DNA of 64,000 nt from Gemmatimonadota bacterium (GTDB lineage Bacteria > Gemmatimonadota > Gemmatimonadetes > Palauibacterales > Palauibacteraceae), in NCBI GenBank assembly GCA_046758745.1, contig JBHIAV010000002.1, positions 49,441-113,440 of the forward strand. The letters are read 5' to 3'. Positions 1-8,508 of this stretch are shown one piece after another; the stretch's first letter is position 1, and each line of letters begins with the position of its first letter. Below the pieces are notes generated by a model, which was not told where the DNA came from, did not search any database, and saw only the letters and a program-made list of their open reading frames with translations. A program made the position numbers and the translations under genes.

Positions 1-1363
1 GAACCGGGCACGCTTCGAAAGCGAGCTCGCCGATTTTCTTCGCATCCCGAGCGTCAGCACCCTGACGAGTGCGAAGCCGGCCCTCCTCCGGTGCGCCGAG
101 TACGTTGCGGCTCGGATCCGCGACGCCGGTGTCGACAAGGTCGAGGTCGTGCCCACCGAGGGGAACCCGATCGTCGTGGCGGAACAGATCGTCTCCTCCG
201 ACGCCCCGACGCTCCTCGTGTACGGCCACTACGACGTGCAGCCCTCGGATCCCGAGCACCTGTGGACCGCTCCGCCCTTCGAGCCCGAGGTGCGCGACGG
301 CCGCATGTACGCGCGCGGCGCGATCGACGACAAGGGTCAGGTCCACATGCACATCAAGGCGCTGGAAGCTCGCCTAAAGAGCGGCGCTGGGCTCCCGGTG
401 AACACGAAGCTCGTGATCGAAGGTGAGGAGGAGATCGGAAGCCGAAACCTCGAGGCGTTTCTCCACGCGCATTCGGACCGGCTCTCCTGCGACGCGGTGG
501 TGATCAGTGACACGGGAATGCTGGCAGCGGACTGTCCCTCGATCGGCATGGGGCTGCGGGGCATCGCGTACCTCGAGGTGAGCTTCCGGGGACCCGCGAC
601 CGACCTTCACTCCGGGTCGTACGGCGGGGCGGTCGTGAATCCCGCCAATGCCCTCGCCGCCACGATCGCCCGTCTCAAGGACGAGCGCGGGCGGGTGACG
701 ATCCCGGGCTTCTACGACCGAGTGCGACCGATCACGGAGGAGGAAAGGGAGCAGCTGCGCGCGCTTCCCTTCGACGATGAGCAGTTCCGCACGGAGGTCG
801 GCGCCCCGGCCCTGGGCGGCGAGGCCGGCTACTCGACCCTCGAGCGCCTGTGGTATCGTCCCACGCTGGACGTGAACGGGATGCTCAGCGGGTGGACAGG
901 CGAGGGATCGAAGACCGTGCTGCCCTCCAAGGCCACGGCGAAGATCTCCATGCGGCTCGTGCCTGACCAGGATCCCACCGACATCGCGGAGCGGTTCCGG
1001 GCGCACATCGAAGCCCTCGCGCCAGCCGGAGTCGAGGTGGAGGTGAAGAGCTCGCACGGAGGAGAGCCGTGGGCCGCCGATCCGCAGCACCCGATCTTCG
1101 ACGCCGCCGCGGCCGCCCTGGAGGCTGCCTTCGGGAAGAAGCCGGTCTACATCCGAGAGGGCGGTTCGATCCCGATCGTCCCGATGTTCGAGCGCACCTT
1201 CGACGCACCGGTTCTCCTGCTCGGCTTCGCCCTCCCGGGATGCAACGCGCACGCGCCCGACGAGTGGATCGACCTCCGGATGTACGCGCGGGGAATCGAG
1301 ACGATCGCCCAGCTCTACGACGAGGTGGCCGCCCGCAGGCTCAGGGAGACAGCGCGGGCGTGA
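1..1363 (+). CDS. M20/M25/M40 family dipeptidase (5' end truncated by the window edge)
   Basis: Frame is open from position 2 (NRARFESELADFLRIPSVS...). Motifs YGHYDVQP, RGAIDDKG, EGEEEIGS, DLHSG, NAHAPDE. Confidence 0.92.
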   Translation, partial: NRARFESELADFLRIPSVSTLTSAKPALLRCAEYVAARIRDAGVDKVEVVPTEGNPIVVAEQIVSSDAPTLLVYGHYDVQPSDPEHLWTAPPFEPEVRDGRMYARGAIDDKGQVHMHIKALEARLKSGAGLPVNTKLVIEGEEEIGSRNLEAFLHAHSDRLSCDAVVISDTGMLAADCPSIGMGLRGIAYLEVSFRGPATDLHSGSYGGAVVNPANALAATIARLKDERGRVTIPGFYDRVRPITEEEREQLRALPFDDEQFRTEVGAPALGGEAGYSTLERLWYRPTLDVNGMLSGWTGEGSKTVLPSKATAKISMRLVPDQDPTDIAERFRAHIEALAPAGVEVEVKSSHGGEPWAADPQHPIFDAAAAALEAAFGKKPVYIREGGSIPIVPMFERTFDAPVLLLGFALPGCNAHAPDEWIDLRMYARGIETIAQLYDEVAARRLRETARA

Positions 1364-1469
1364 GCCGCAGGGAGACGGCGCGGGGTGAGCTGGCTCCGGC
1401 AGCCGGCGCGGGGGCGAGCCTGCTCGCGGAGGCGGCGCCCGGGAGAACCGGCCTCGATCAGCGCCCCGC

Positions 1470-2465
1470 TCATTTCGGTCGTCGTAGCAGCTCGACGCGA
1501 AGGTCGTAGGCGGCCGTCAGGAAGGGACGGCTCCGGTCTCCGCTCTCGACCCACCCGATCACCGCTCCCTGCACAACCTGCTGCGGCGTGAAGCCGGAAG
1601 GTGTGGTGCGAATCCCGACAAATCGGCTGCCGGCTTCCAGCGTCCCCACGCCGGCGACGTCATAGGCGGCGTATCGCAGCCCTGCGGAGTCGCGCCGCGC
1701 CAACCAGAGCAGCTCCTCCTCCGGGTCGCTCAGGATAGCCTGCACAGGCAGGTCGGCGTCCCGTAGCGCCAGGCGCCGGCCCTCTCTCATGGCTGCGACC
1801 TCGAAGACGGTGTCCGGCACGTCGGCGGACCAGAGCCACATGCCGGCTCCTGAGGGGGCGAGCCGAGTCTCTCCCTGAGCTACGTCGAGGGCCCGGATGG
1901 GCTGGGGGCCCGTGCGGGGTCCGAGAAGGGTGTCCCGCGTGCTGCCCTGCAGATCCGTCCTCAGCAGAAGAAGCGTGGGCTGCTCGCCTTCCGAGGCCAT
2001 CGCGTACACCAGACTGAAGGGACGGCGCGCGAGGGCCATGGTGATCGGCTCGAAACCGAGGGGAAAGCCGCGGATGTGCTGGCCGGCCGGCGTGTAGTGG
2101 TCCACCATACCGGTTGCGCGATCGTACACGAATACGCCGAGATCGGGCGCCACGGCCAGGCGATACGGGTCCACGAGCTCCACCGGCTCCGCATCCAGGT
2201 AGCCGAACATCTCGAAGTCGCCAGCCGGCGTGTTGAGGCGCATCACGACCTTCGTCACCGCCTCCGCCAACCAGACGACCTCGCGCGTGCTGGCCTTCAT
2301 GTCGGCTGGATTCATGATGGGAACGGAGGACGGGGGCTGCGTCCACAGGCCGAGAGCCGGAAGCGCAGCCGTGGGATCATCGATTGACTCGCTGCACGAG
2401 AGGACGAGGAAGCCCATCAGGGTCGCCAGGAGGCTCTTGTGTGTCAGTCCTTTTCTCGCGAGCAT
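1470..2465 (-). CDS. Hypothetical lipoprotein, possibly beta-propeller-like
   Basis: 331-aa ORF with hydrophobic N-terminus and LVLSC lipobox. Segment 'PYRLAVAPDLGVFVYDRATGMVDHYTPAG' resembles an NHL/propeller blade. Confidence 0.6.
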   Translation of the reverse strand: MLARKGLTHKSLLATLMGFLVLSCSESIDDPTAALPALGLWTQPPSSVPIMNPADMKASTREVVWLAEAVTKVVMRLNTPAGDFEMFGYLDAEPVELVDPYRLAVAPDLGVFVYDRATGMVDHYTPAGQHIRGFPLGFEPITMALARRPFSLVYAMASEGEQPTLLLLRTDLQGSTRDTLLGPRTGPQPIRALDVAQGETRLAPSGAGMWLWSADVPDTVFEVAAMREGRRLALRDADLPVQAILSDPEEELLWLARRDSAGLRYAAYDVAGVGTLEAGSRFVGIRTTPSGFTPQQVVQGAVIGWVESGDRSRPFLTAAYDLRVELLRRPK

Positions 2466-2736
2466 CTTTCTCTCTCGCAGCCGCTGGGCCGCCGCCTCGG
2501 GTAGACCCGGGGAACGCGTTCGACCCTTGCTCCCGGCCGCGGGCTTGGCGGGCGCGCCGGGCCCGTTCCGCTGCTGCCGCGGCCGATGATAGCCCGTTCG
2601 GGAGCGGAGTCAATCGGCCGCCCGGCGGTTCACTTCACCGGATGAGAGCCGCGCGGGTGAGCGGCGGGACCGGCCGCGCTGCGCGGCGGCTGGCCGAGCA
2701 GCAAGACTGATGATAGACGGTTGATCGCCCTCCCGG

Positions 2737-5700
2737 ATGGTGAGGGCAGTGGAGAGGGGGATGCGGGTCGGGCGGCGAGGCTTCGCACCGGAAACGCTTA
2801 TGTACCATCTCCAGAGCTTCGGCGGCGTCGCTCTCACCGGTGGAGATGGCTCCAGCATCCGACTGCGCTCCCGGAAACACCTCGCGCTACTCCTCTTCCT
2901 GGTCGCGAACGGACGACGGGTGCACACGCGCCGCGAGCTCGCCTCGCTCCTGTGGGACACTCCCCCCGGACGAGCGCGCCATTCGCTCAGCCAAGCGGTC
3001 TATGACCTGCGCTGCCGGCTCGACGGGATCATCCTTGGGTTCCCCGGGGAGGAGGTCCAGCTCGATTCAGGCCGAATCCGCTACGACGTCGACGAGCTTG
3101 AGCGAGCGGTCAAGGAGGGCAACCTCGGTCGAGCCGTTGAGTTGTACCGCGGCCCGTTTGCCACCAACCTCGACACCACCGGTACGGATGACTTCGAGCG
3201 GTGGCTCGAGACCGAGCGAGTGCGCCTCCAGCGGCTCGTTCACCTCTCGCTGCGTCGGTACGTGAAGGAGTGCGACGCCCACGCCAAGTGGGGGGAGATG
3301 TGCGTGGCCGCTCTCAAGCTGGCCGACATGGATCCGCTGGACGAGGAGGCGCACCGTGCCCTAATGCGGGGCTTGTGGTTACATGGCGATCGCACCTCGG
3401 CCCTGCGCCACTACGAGGAGATCTCCGCCTTTCTGACAAGTGAGCTCCCCGGGGGGATCTCCAGCGAGACGCGGCAACTGGCCGAGCGGATCCGCCACGA
3501 GCCGGCCGAGGGGGCGACCATCGCTACGTCTGCCGCCGAGAACCGGCCGCCCCTCGTCGGCCGTGGGCAGGAATTCGAGTTCCTCAAGGACGCAGTTAGG
3601 GAGCTTCGCCGTGGTCGGGCGGGGACAGTGGTCGTGCAAGGTGAACCGGGGATCGGAAAGAGCAGGTTGATCCAGGAGTTCGTCCGCTCGGCATGCCTTG
3701 AGCCGATCCGCGTGCTTGAAAGCCGCTGCTACGCCGCTGAGAAGGACGTGCCGTACGGCCCGGTGGTCGATGGCCTGCGTCCGATCGCAGAACAGATGGC
3801 ACGTACTCTCCCGAACGACGGCTGTCAATACACCCGGCTCGGTCACCTCTTCCAAGAGTTTGCGTCCTTCATGCAGCCGGAGATCGAGCACGGCGTCGAT
3901 CCGAATGCCTGGCGCCGTCGACTGTACGAGGAGGTGGCCGATTTGGTGCGGAACGCCTCGGAGTGGGCACCAATCTTGTGGGTAGTGGAGGACATGCACT
4001 GGATGGATGCCACCTCCCGATCCTTACTCCACTACCTGTCACGGAGGTTGGCGGAGCGTCCCTTCATGCTGGTCATGACAGAGCGCGTCGGCAAGACGCA
4101 TGTCGCTGTTCGTGCGCAACGGCGCAGACCGCCTCGTCCTGGGGAAACGATGGACCTCGTGCTGCCGCCGCTCACCGATTCCGAGATCGGGCAGCTCGTC
4201 GCCGAGGCTCTGCCCGAGGCGAAAGAGCACCCGGCGGTCGAGCTCGCACAGAAGCTGGCAGGGGGAAACCCGTTCTACGCGCTCGAGGTATTCCGGGCCG
4301 CATTCGCGTCGGCGGAGTGGATCGCCGAGGCCGACACCTGGGATCCCCTCACTGACGCAAGGTTGAGCGATGTCTTCGACATTCGCTTCCGGAACCTTCC
4401 GGACGGATCCCTTAGAATCCTGCGAGCCGTGTCCGTACTCGACCGCCACGCTACCCCCCGGCATGTCGCGGCCTTGGCCTCCCTGTCGCTGCAAGGAGCT
4501 GCCGACGTTTCCACCGAGCTGTACGAGCGCGGTCTTCTGGTTGACGGAGATTCCGAACTGGATTTCGTCAACGACATTGTGCGGGAGTACGTGTACAAGA
4601 GAATGAGCTCCATGCAGCGAGCAGCCCTGCACCTCGCTGCCGCGCAACAGCTCGATGGCGAGCCAGGAATCGGTGCGGCCACATTGGCCAGACATTACCA
4701 TCTGGGCGACGACAAGCCGAATACCTTCAAGTGTGGGATGCAAGCCGCGACCGAGGCGAGCTCGTCGGGTGGCCATCTCGAGGCTGCCTCGATGGCCACT
4801 CTCGCTCTGGCTGCAGCGGGCGAGCGGGACGAGACCCTCAGGGCTTTGCGAATCCTGGCGAGCGCCGAGCTCCTATCAGCACAACTGAAATCGGCGCAGG
4901 AGCACTACTCTCGGATTCTCGACCTCGACACCGAGATGTCGCTCGAGGCGAGAATCGAGACGAAGCTACACATCGTAGAGACGATGGCGGAACTGTCAGA
5001 GTGGGACGGAGGGCGGGAGTTGCTGAGCAGTCTCGCGGATGAGATTGAGAACATCCCTGAACCTACGGTACAACTTCGAACCCGTGCGGAGACACTTTTC
5101 TGGAGCCTCAAGATTGCAATGCGCCAGAACGACTGTGAAGCCGCACGTGCAATTGCCTTGTCTGCACGTCGGCTCCGGGACACGGCAGTCACTGAGGGAA
5201 CAGTCACCCCTGTTGCCGATGTCTCAGCGCTTTGCTGTGTAGCAGCCTACACCGCTTTCTTTGAAAACGCAGAAGATGCGCTTCAGCTCATTCAACTAGC
5301 TGAGAGGCGGATTGGGCTGATACCGGACTACTTGATCGAGAGGGTCCGACTCTTCAGTGGGATGGTCCGGCTACGGATGGCCCTATGGGATGAGGGGGAG
5401 CAGGATATCCTGGCGGCGATCGATCTGGCACGTAAACGTAAGGATCTAGTGCAGCTCAGTACCCTATGGAACAACTTGGCTTGCTGCGCTCTCGAACAAG
5501 GCGACTGGGATCGTTTCGAAAAGACTGCATCTATGGCAGAATCTATTCAAGAGAAACTACCAGTCCAGCTGGACGTTACGCTGCCATTGACGATCAATCG
5601 AGCTAACTCTCTCTTCTATCAGGGACATCCGCAGGCCGCAGGCAAGCTCTATAAGACCGCCCTCGATTCTGCGCTTGGCTTAGGATCTCGAGAGTTCGTA

Positions 5701-6126
5701 CCTGAGCTGATGGCCTGCCGAGGACTGACCGCGCTACAGCTTGGCGATCGCGCAACAGCAGAAAAGATGTGGAACGGCGTCAAGGACTTGGACGCCGCGA
5801 AACTGGCAGGTGTCCAGGAACGGTTCAAGCTTGAATGGTTTCGGGGATATCACCTAAGGAACGAAAGCTCCGCAGAGGCAGGTAGTCGGTTCTTCAAGGC
5901 TGCAGAAGAACAGGAGTTTCTCGACGTTCCAAGTTACTTGAAGATGCTGTGGCTCGGGTGCCTCTTGTTTCCGAAGTTGACTCGAGAGAGCCTGCGAGAA
6001 GCTGACCTGTTGGAACGTCTGAGGGCGGCGCGAATGTGGTGGTTCTCGAAGTTTGCCAAACGTTGGCTCAGAGCAACGGACTACCACGCACGTCGCCTAA
6101 GCCGATTCCGCGGAGCGCGAAGCTAG
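2737..6126 (+). CDS. SARP/AfsR-like regulator: winged helix + BTAD + AAA ATPase + TPR-like helical C-terminus
   Basis: 'RKHLALLLFL...RRELASLLW...RHSLSQAVYDLR' (wHTH), 'DPLDEEAHRALMR' (BTAD), Walker A GEPGIGKS, Walker B ILWVVEDMHW, GGNPFY. Start codon uncertain (2737 to about 2800). Confidence 0.88.
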   Translation: MVRAVERGMRVGRRGFAPETLMYHLQSFGGVALTGGDGSSIRLRSRKHLALLLFLVANGRRVHTRRELASLLWDTPPGRARHSLSQAVYDLRCRLDGIILGFPGEEVQLDSGRIRYDVDELERAVKEGNLGRAVELYRGPFATNLDTTGTDDFERWLETERVRLQRLVHLSLRRYVKECDAHAKWGEMCVAALKLADMDPLDEEAHRALMRGLWLHGDRTSALRHYEEISAFLTSELPGGISSETRQLAERIRHEPAEGATIATSAAENRPPLVGRGQEFEFLKDAVRELRRGRAGTVVVQGEPGIGKSRLIQEFVRSACLEPIRVLESRCYAAEKDVPYGPVVDGLRPIAEQMARTLPNDGCQYTRLGHLFQEFASFMQPEIEHGVDPNAWRRRLYEEVADLVRNASEWAPILWVVEDMHWMDATSRSLLHYLSRRLAERPFMLVMTERVGKTHVAVRAQRRRPPRPGETMDLVLPPLTDSEIGQLVAEALPEAKEHPAVELAQKLAGGNPFYALEVFRAAFASAEWIAEADTWDPLTDARLSDVFDIRFRNLPDGSLRILRAVSVLDRHATPRHVAALASLSLQGAADVSTELYERGLLVDGDSELDFVNDIVREYVYKRMSSMQRAALHLAAAQQLDGEPGIGAATLARHYHLGDDKPNTFKCGMQAATEASSSGGHLEAASMATLALAAAGERDETLRALRILASAELLSAQLKSAQEHYSRILDLDTEMSLEARIETKLHIVETMAELSEWDGGRELLSSLADEIENIPEPTVQLRTRAETLFWSLKIAMRQNDCEAARAIALSARRLRDTAVTEGTVTPVADVSALCCVAAYTAFFENAEDALQLIQLAERRIGLIPDYLIERVRLFSGMVRLRMALWDEGEQDILAAIDLARKRKDLVQLSTLWNNLACCALEQGDWDRFEKTASMAESIQEKLPVQLDVTLPLTINRANSLFYQGHPQAAGKLYKTALDSALGLGSREFVPELMACRGLTALQLGDRATAEKMWNGVKDLDAAKLAGVQERFKLEWFRGYHLRNESSAEAGSRFFKAAEEQEFLDVPSYLKMLWLGCLLFPKLTRESLREADLLERLRAARMWWFSKFAKRWLRATDYHARRLSRFRGARS

Positions 6127-7431
6127 ACCTCGCTTGGCAGCGAGGGACACTGGCTTGCTCGGGCCCACTAAGTCCTCAAGGATACCCGTCGCGACAACAA
6201 CCGCCACGACCTTCGGGTCGAACTGCGTCCCACTGTGCTTCTGCAGTTCCTCGCGAACAACCGTCACAGGAAGCGCCTCTCGATAGGGCCGTGCTGTGGT
6301 CATGGCGTCGATCGTATCGCAAACCATGATTATCCTTGCTCCGAGCGGTATTTCTTCCCTCGACAGTCCCGCAGGATAACCCTCCCCGTCGAAACGTTCG
6401 TGGTGGTGCCTTACACAGCGAAGTACCTCGCGGTGGATACTACGAATCGACTTGATGATGTCCACTCCCCGATCGGGGTGAGCGCGGATCAAATCTCGCT
6501 GTTCGGGCGTCAGAGGTCCTTTCTGTCGAAGGATCTCGCCATAGGCAACGTCGATCTTGCCGATATCGTGCAAAAGAGCGGCTGTTTCGATGATCTGTGC
6601 ATATCGCGGCCTGAGTCTCAGCGCTCTGGCGATCCTGCTGGCTGCCTCCGCAACTCGGATGGAATGACCCGACGTGTACGGATCCTGTGCTTCGATAGTC
6701 TTCACCATCAAGCGAAGCAGGTCTGTGTTCAACTGCTTCAGCTCGAAATTAATGCCATAGCTGTAGCGCAGGCCGATTAGCGGGATAATGGCCAGCAGCA
6801 CGGCAATAGGTCCCCAGCGTGTGAAGGAAACGGCGACGAGATAGGCAAGAGGGCTCATGGCGATGTCAAAGATGATCAGACCGCCCGTAATATTTCTCCA
6901 AGCCTCGCGGTACGTGTGCCCTTCTGTAAGCGACACAACGTATGCGACGGTACCCGTGTTGACGGCGAAATAGGCTAGTACGGCCATGAGAAAGGGGGGA
7001 AACGTCTGACGAAAGTCGATGCTTTCCAGACTCTCGACGCCCCCAAACCACCTAAAAACCAGACTTGCCGCAGAGACAGCGAGGACGAGCTGGGCGGTAT
7101 TGAACAGCTTCTTATAAAAAATCTTGTCGCGATAAAGAAGGAATTCCGAGAAAACCTCCGAGATGAGGGTGACTGTTACGGCACCGGAGGGTCCCAGGAG
7201 CAGAACGGCGCCCAGTTCAGGTATGAAGTCCATGGACGTGGTTGAGCCACTCTCTGAGAACTTCAAGTATAGCATCATGCTGACGATGCTTAGCGCTAGG
7301 AGAGTTGCGAAAGCAACCACAAGATTGCTGGAAGAGGGGAGGGGGTAGCGCCAGAAAATAAAAGCTGCTGAGAACGCTGCCAGCGTCGCGGCGGCGTAGA
7401 CTACAACGCGCAGGCGAGTGTCGATGGTCAT
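6097..7431 (-). CDS. Membrane-bound HD-GYP c-di-GMP phosphodiesterase with multi-TM (MASE-type) sensor domain
   Basis: About 230-aa hydrophobic N-terminus with about 7 TM segments, then DPYTSGHS, LLHDIGKI, HHERFDGEGYP, RPYR and GTQFDP. Confidence 0.93.
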   Translation of the reverse strand: MTIDTRLRVVVYAAATLAAFSAAFIFWRYPLPSSSNLVVAFATLLALSIVSMMLYLKFSESGSTTSMDFIPELGAVLLLGPSGAVTVTLISEVFSEFLLYRDKIFYKKLFNTAQLVLAVSAASLVFRWFGGVESLESIDFRQTFPPFLMAVLAYFAVNTGTVAYVVSLTEGHTYREAWRNITGGLIIFDIAMSPLAYLVAVSFTRWGPIAVLLAIIPLIGLRYSYGINFELKQLNTDLLRLMVKTIEAQDPYTSGHSIRVAEAASRIARALRLRPRYAQIIETAALLHDIGKIDVAYGEILRQKGPLTPEQRDLIRAHPDRGVDIIKSIRSIHREVLRCVRHHHERFDGEGYPAGLSREEIPLGARIIMVCDTIDAMTTARPYREALPVTVVREELQKHSGTQFDPKVVAVVVATGILEDLVGPSKPVSLAAKRGLASRSAESA

Positions 7432-7457
7432 CTACTGAGGACCCCCAACCCCTGCTA

Positions 7458-7553
7458 TTACCACCTGACCGTTCCACCCCAGCGGACCGTTCCACCCCAG
7501 CGGACCGTTCCGCCGAACAACCTGGCAAGCCAGTTGGTGCTGATCAGTAGCAT
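7458..7553 (-). CDS. 31-aa small peptide MLLISTNWLARLF(GGTVRW)x3; putative signalling/RiPP-like precursor, not in the ORF track
   Basis: ATG at 7553 with AAAGGAGGTG 7 nt upstream; TAA followed immediately by TAG; three 18-nt repeats that differ only synonymously. Confidence 0.82.
   Translation of the reverse strand: MLLISTNWLARLFGGTVRWGGTVRWGGTVRW
7461..7514 (-). repeat. 3 x 18-bp tandem repeat encoding GGTVRW
   Basis: Minus strand: GGCGGAACGGTCCGCTGG / GGTGGAACGGTCCGCTGG / GGTGGAACGGTCAGGTGG. Confidence 0.95.
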
Positions 7554-7560
7554 CGAAGCT

Positions 7561-7570
7561 CACCTCCTTT
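7561..7570 (-). promoter_or_regulatory. Strong Shine-Dalgarno site for the small peptide
   Basis: AAAGGAGGTG on the minus strand, 7 nt before ATG 7553. Confidence 0.85.
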
Positions 7571-7576
7571 CGAGTT

Positions 7577-7609
7577 GAAGACATACCCGTTCGCTACAGG
7601 GTATGCTTC
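7577..7609. other. Stem-loop just upstream of the peptide RBS
   Basis: GAAG-A-CATACCC (7577-7588) pairs with GGGTATG-CTTC (7599-7609); 10-nt loop. Confidence 0.55.
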
Positions 7610-7806
7610 GTCTCCGCTCGGAGGTCGCTCCGCTCAGCTCTCGGTGGCGAGCCGCAGAGATTGGGGGTTCCTCTGGCTATCGCATCCCGGTCTATAGGTT
7701 TATCTGCGGCGCCAAAACGACTAAGCGCGCTGGGCCGCAAGGCTTCCCACAGTCGACCCAAGAAAGAAAAGCAATTGCAGGCCGCAACGCAACTGGGCGC
7801 CGGGGA

Positions 7807-8508
7807 TTACTTGTTCGCTATCCAGCGGTTGGTGGCGTGAAGGCAGGCCAGAACAGCCGCCTCCTCTGGCGAGTCCTGCACTCTGCCGATCCCGGCCAGG
7901 CAGACCGTGGTACGTCTGGCGTGGTCGTGAACGACAACCGCGAGCAGGCGACGTCCCAAAGCGTCGATCTGACTCACCCCCTCCAAAGAAAGGGAGGTCT
8001 TGTCCCCCGTGGCCTTCTGGATCGCCTGCAGAACAGCGTCGCAGGCGACCTCGAGGCGAGACTTCGCGTAGTCGGGACCCTCGGCCTCTCCGACGTACTC
8101 GGTGTCGCCAGAGCGCAGCTGCACCCGGCAGGAGACCTGCTGACCCGTCTTGCGCTCGATGTGGAATCCGTCTAGGAGGAAGCGTCTGGCGCCAGCCTGC
8201 GTCTCGGCCTCGGCCTCGGCCTCCGAGACCACGGGGATCTCGGGTCCCTTCAGCCTCGCGACAGAGATCTTGCGGTGGTCTATCTGGAGGCCGAACTCCG
8301 CGAGGAGGGCCGATTCGATGTTGCGGACGATCTGTTTCGCCGAGAGGTCAGCGACGCTGAGCACGTGAATCTCATCGATGCCGCCATGCCCATCGGGCAC
8401 GATCTTCAGGGAGCTCACCCCATCGAGACCCACCAGCAGCTTTTCGATCCGGCGCAAGCCCCAGGGATCCACGCCCCTTGCCGCCGGCTCTCCGGCCTCT
8501 CGGCTCAT
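7807..8508 (-). CDS. Conserved hypothetical protein ('EIHVL...KQIVRNIESAL...IDHRKISVA' N-domain; C-domain resembling the LeuA allosteric domain)
   Basis: ATG 8508 overlaps the upstream TGA (ATGA) and has GGAGG upstream; 233 aa. The longer 8796 start overlaps the GGDEF gene and is unlikely. Confidence 0.78.
   Translation of the reverse strand: MSREAGEPAARGVDPWGLRRIEKLLVGLDGVSSLKIVPDGHGGIDEIHVLSVADLSAKQIVRNIESALLAEFGLQIDHRKISVARLKGPEIPVVSEAEAEAETQAGARRFLLDGFHIERKTGQQVSCRVQLRSGDTEYVGEAEGPDYAKSRLEVACDAVLQAIQKATGDKTSLSLEGVSQIDALGRRLLAVVVHDHARRTTVCLAGIGRVQDSPEEAAVLACLHATNRWIANK

Noticed and set aside
7461-7514. CRISPR interpretation of the short repeats (also 31310-31447, 51054-51162, 60410-60541)
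   Set aside because: Tandem units without unique spacers of about 30 nt, most are in-frame coding repeats, and there are no cas genes.
7217-7528. ORF-track 103-aa ORF with (ERSAGV)n
   Set aside because: Alternative frame of the GGTVRW repeat: no RBS, overlaps the HD-GYP gene, and the repeat substitutions are non-synonymous in this frame.
7458-7553. Trp attenuator leader (TrpL/TnaC-like) reading of the peptide, which has 4 Trp
   Set aside because: No tandem Trp codons, no terminator in the 26 nt before the HD-GYP gene, and it is not upstream of trpE or tnaA. Considered less likely, not excluded.
7770-7785. Sigma54-like motif CGGCCTGCAATTGCT upstream of the peptide (minus strand)
   Set aside because: GG-to-GC spacing is 9 nt rather than the strict 10 nt required for -24/-12 promoters.
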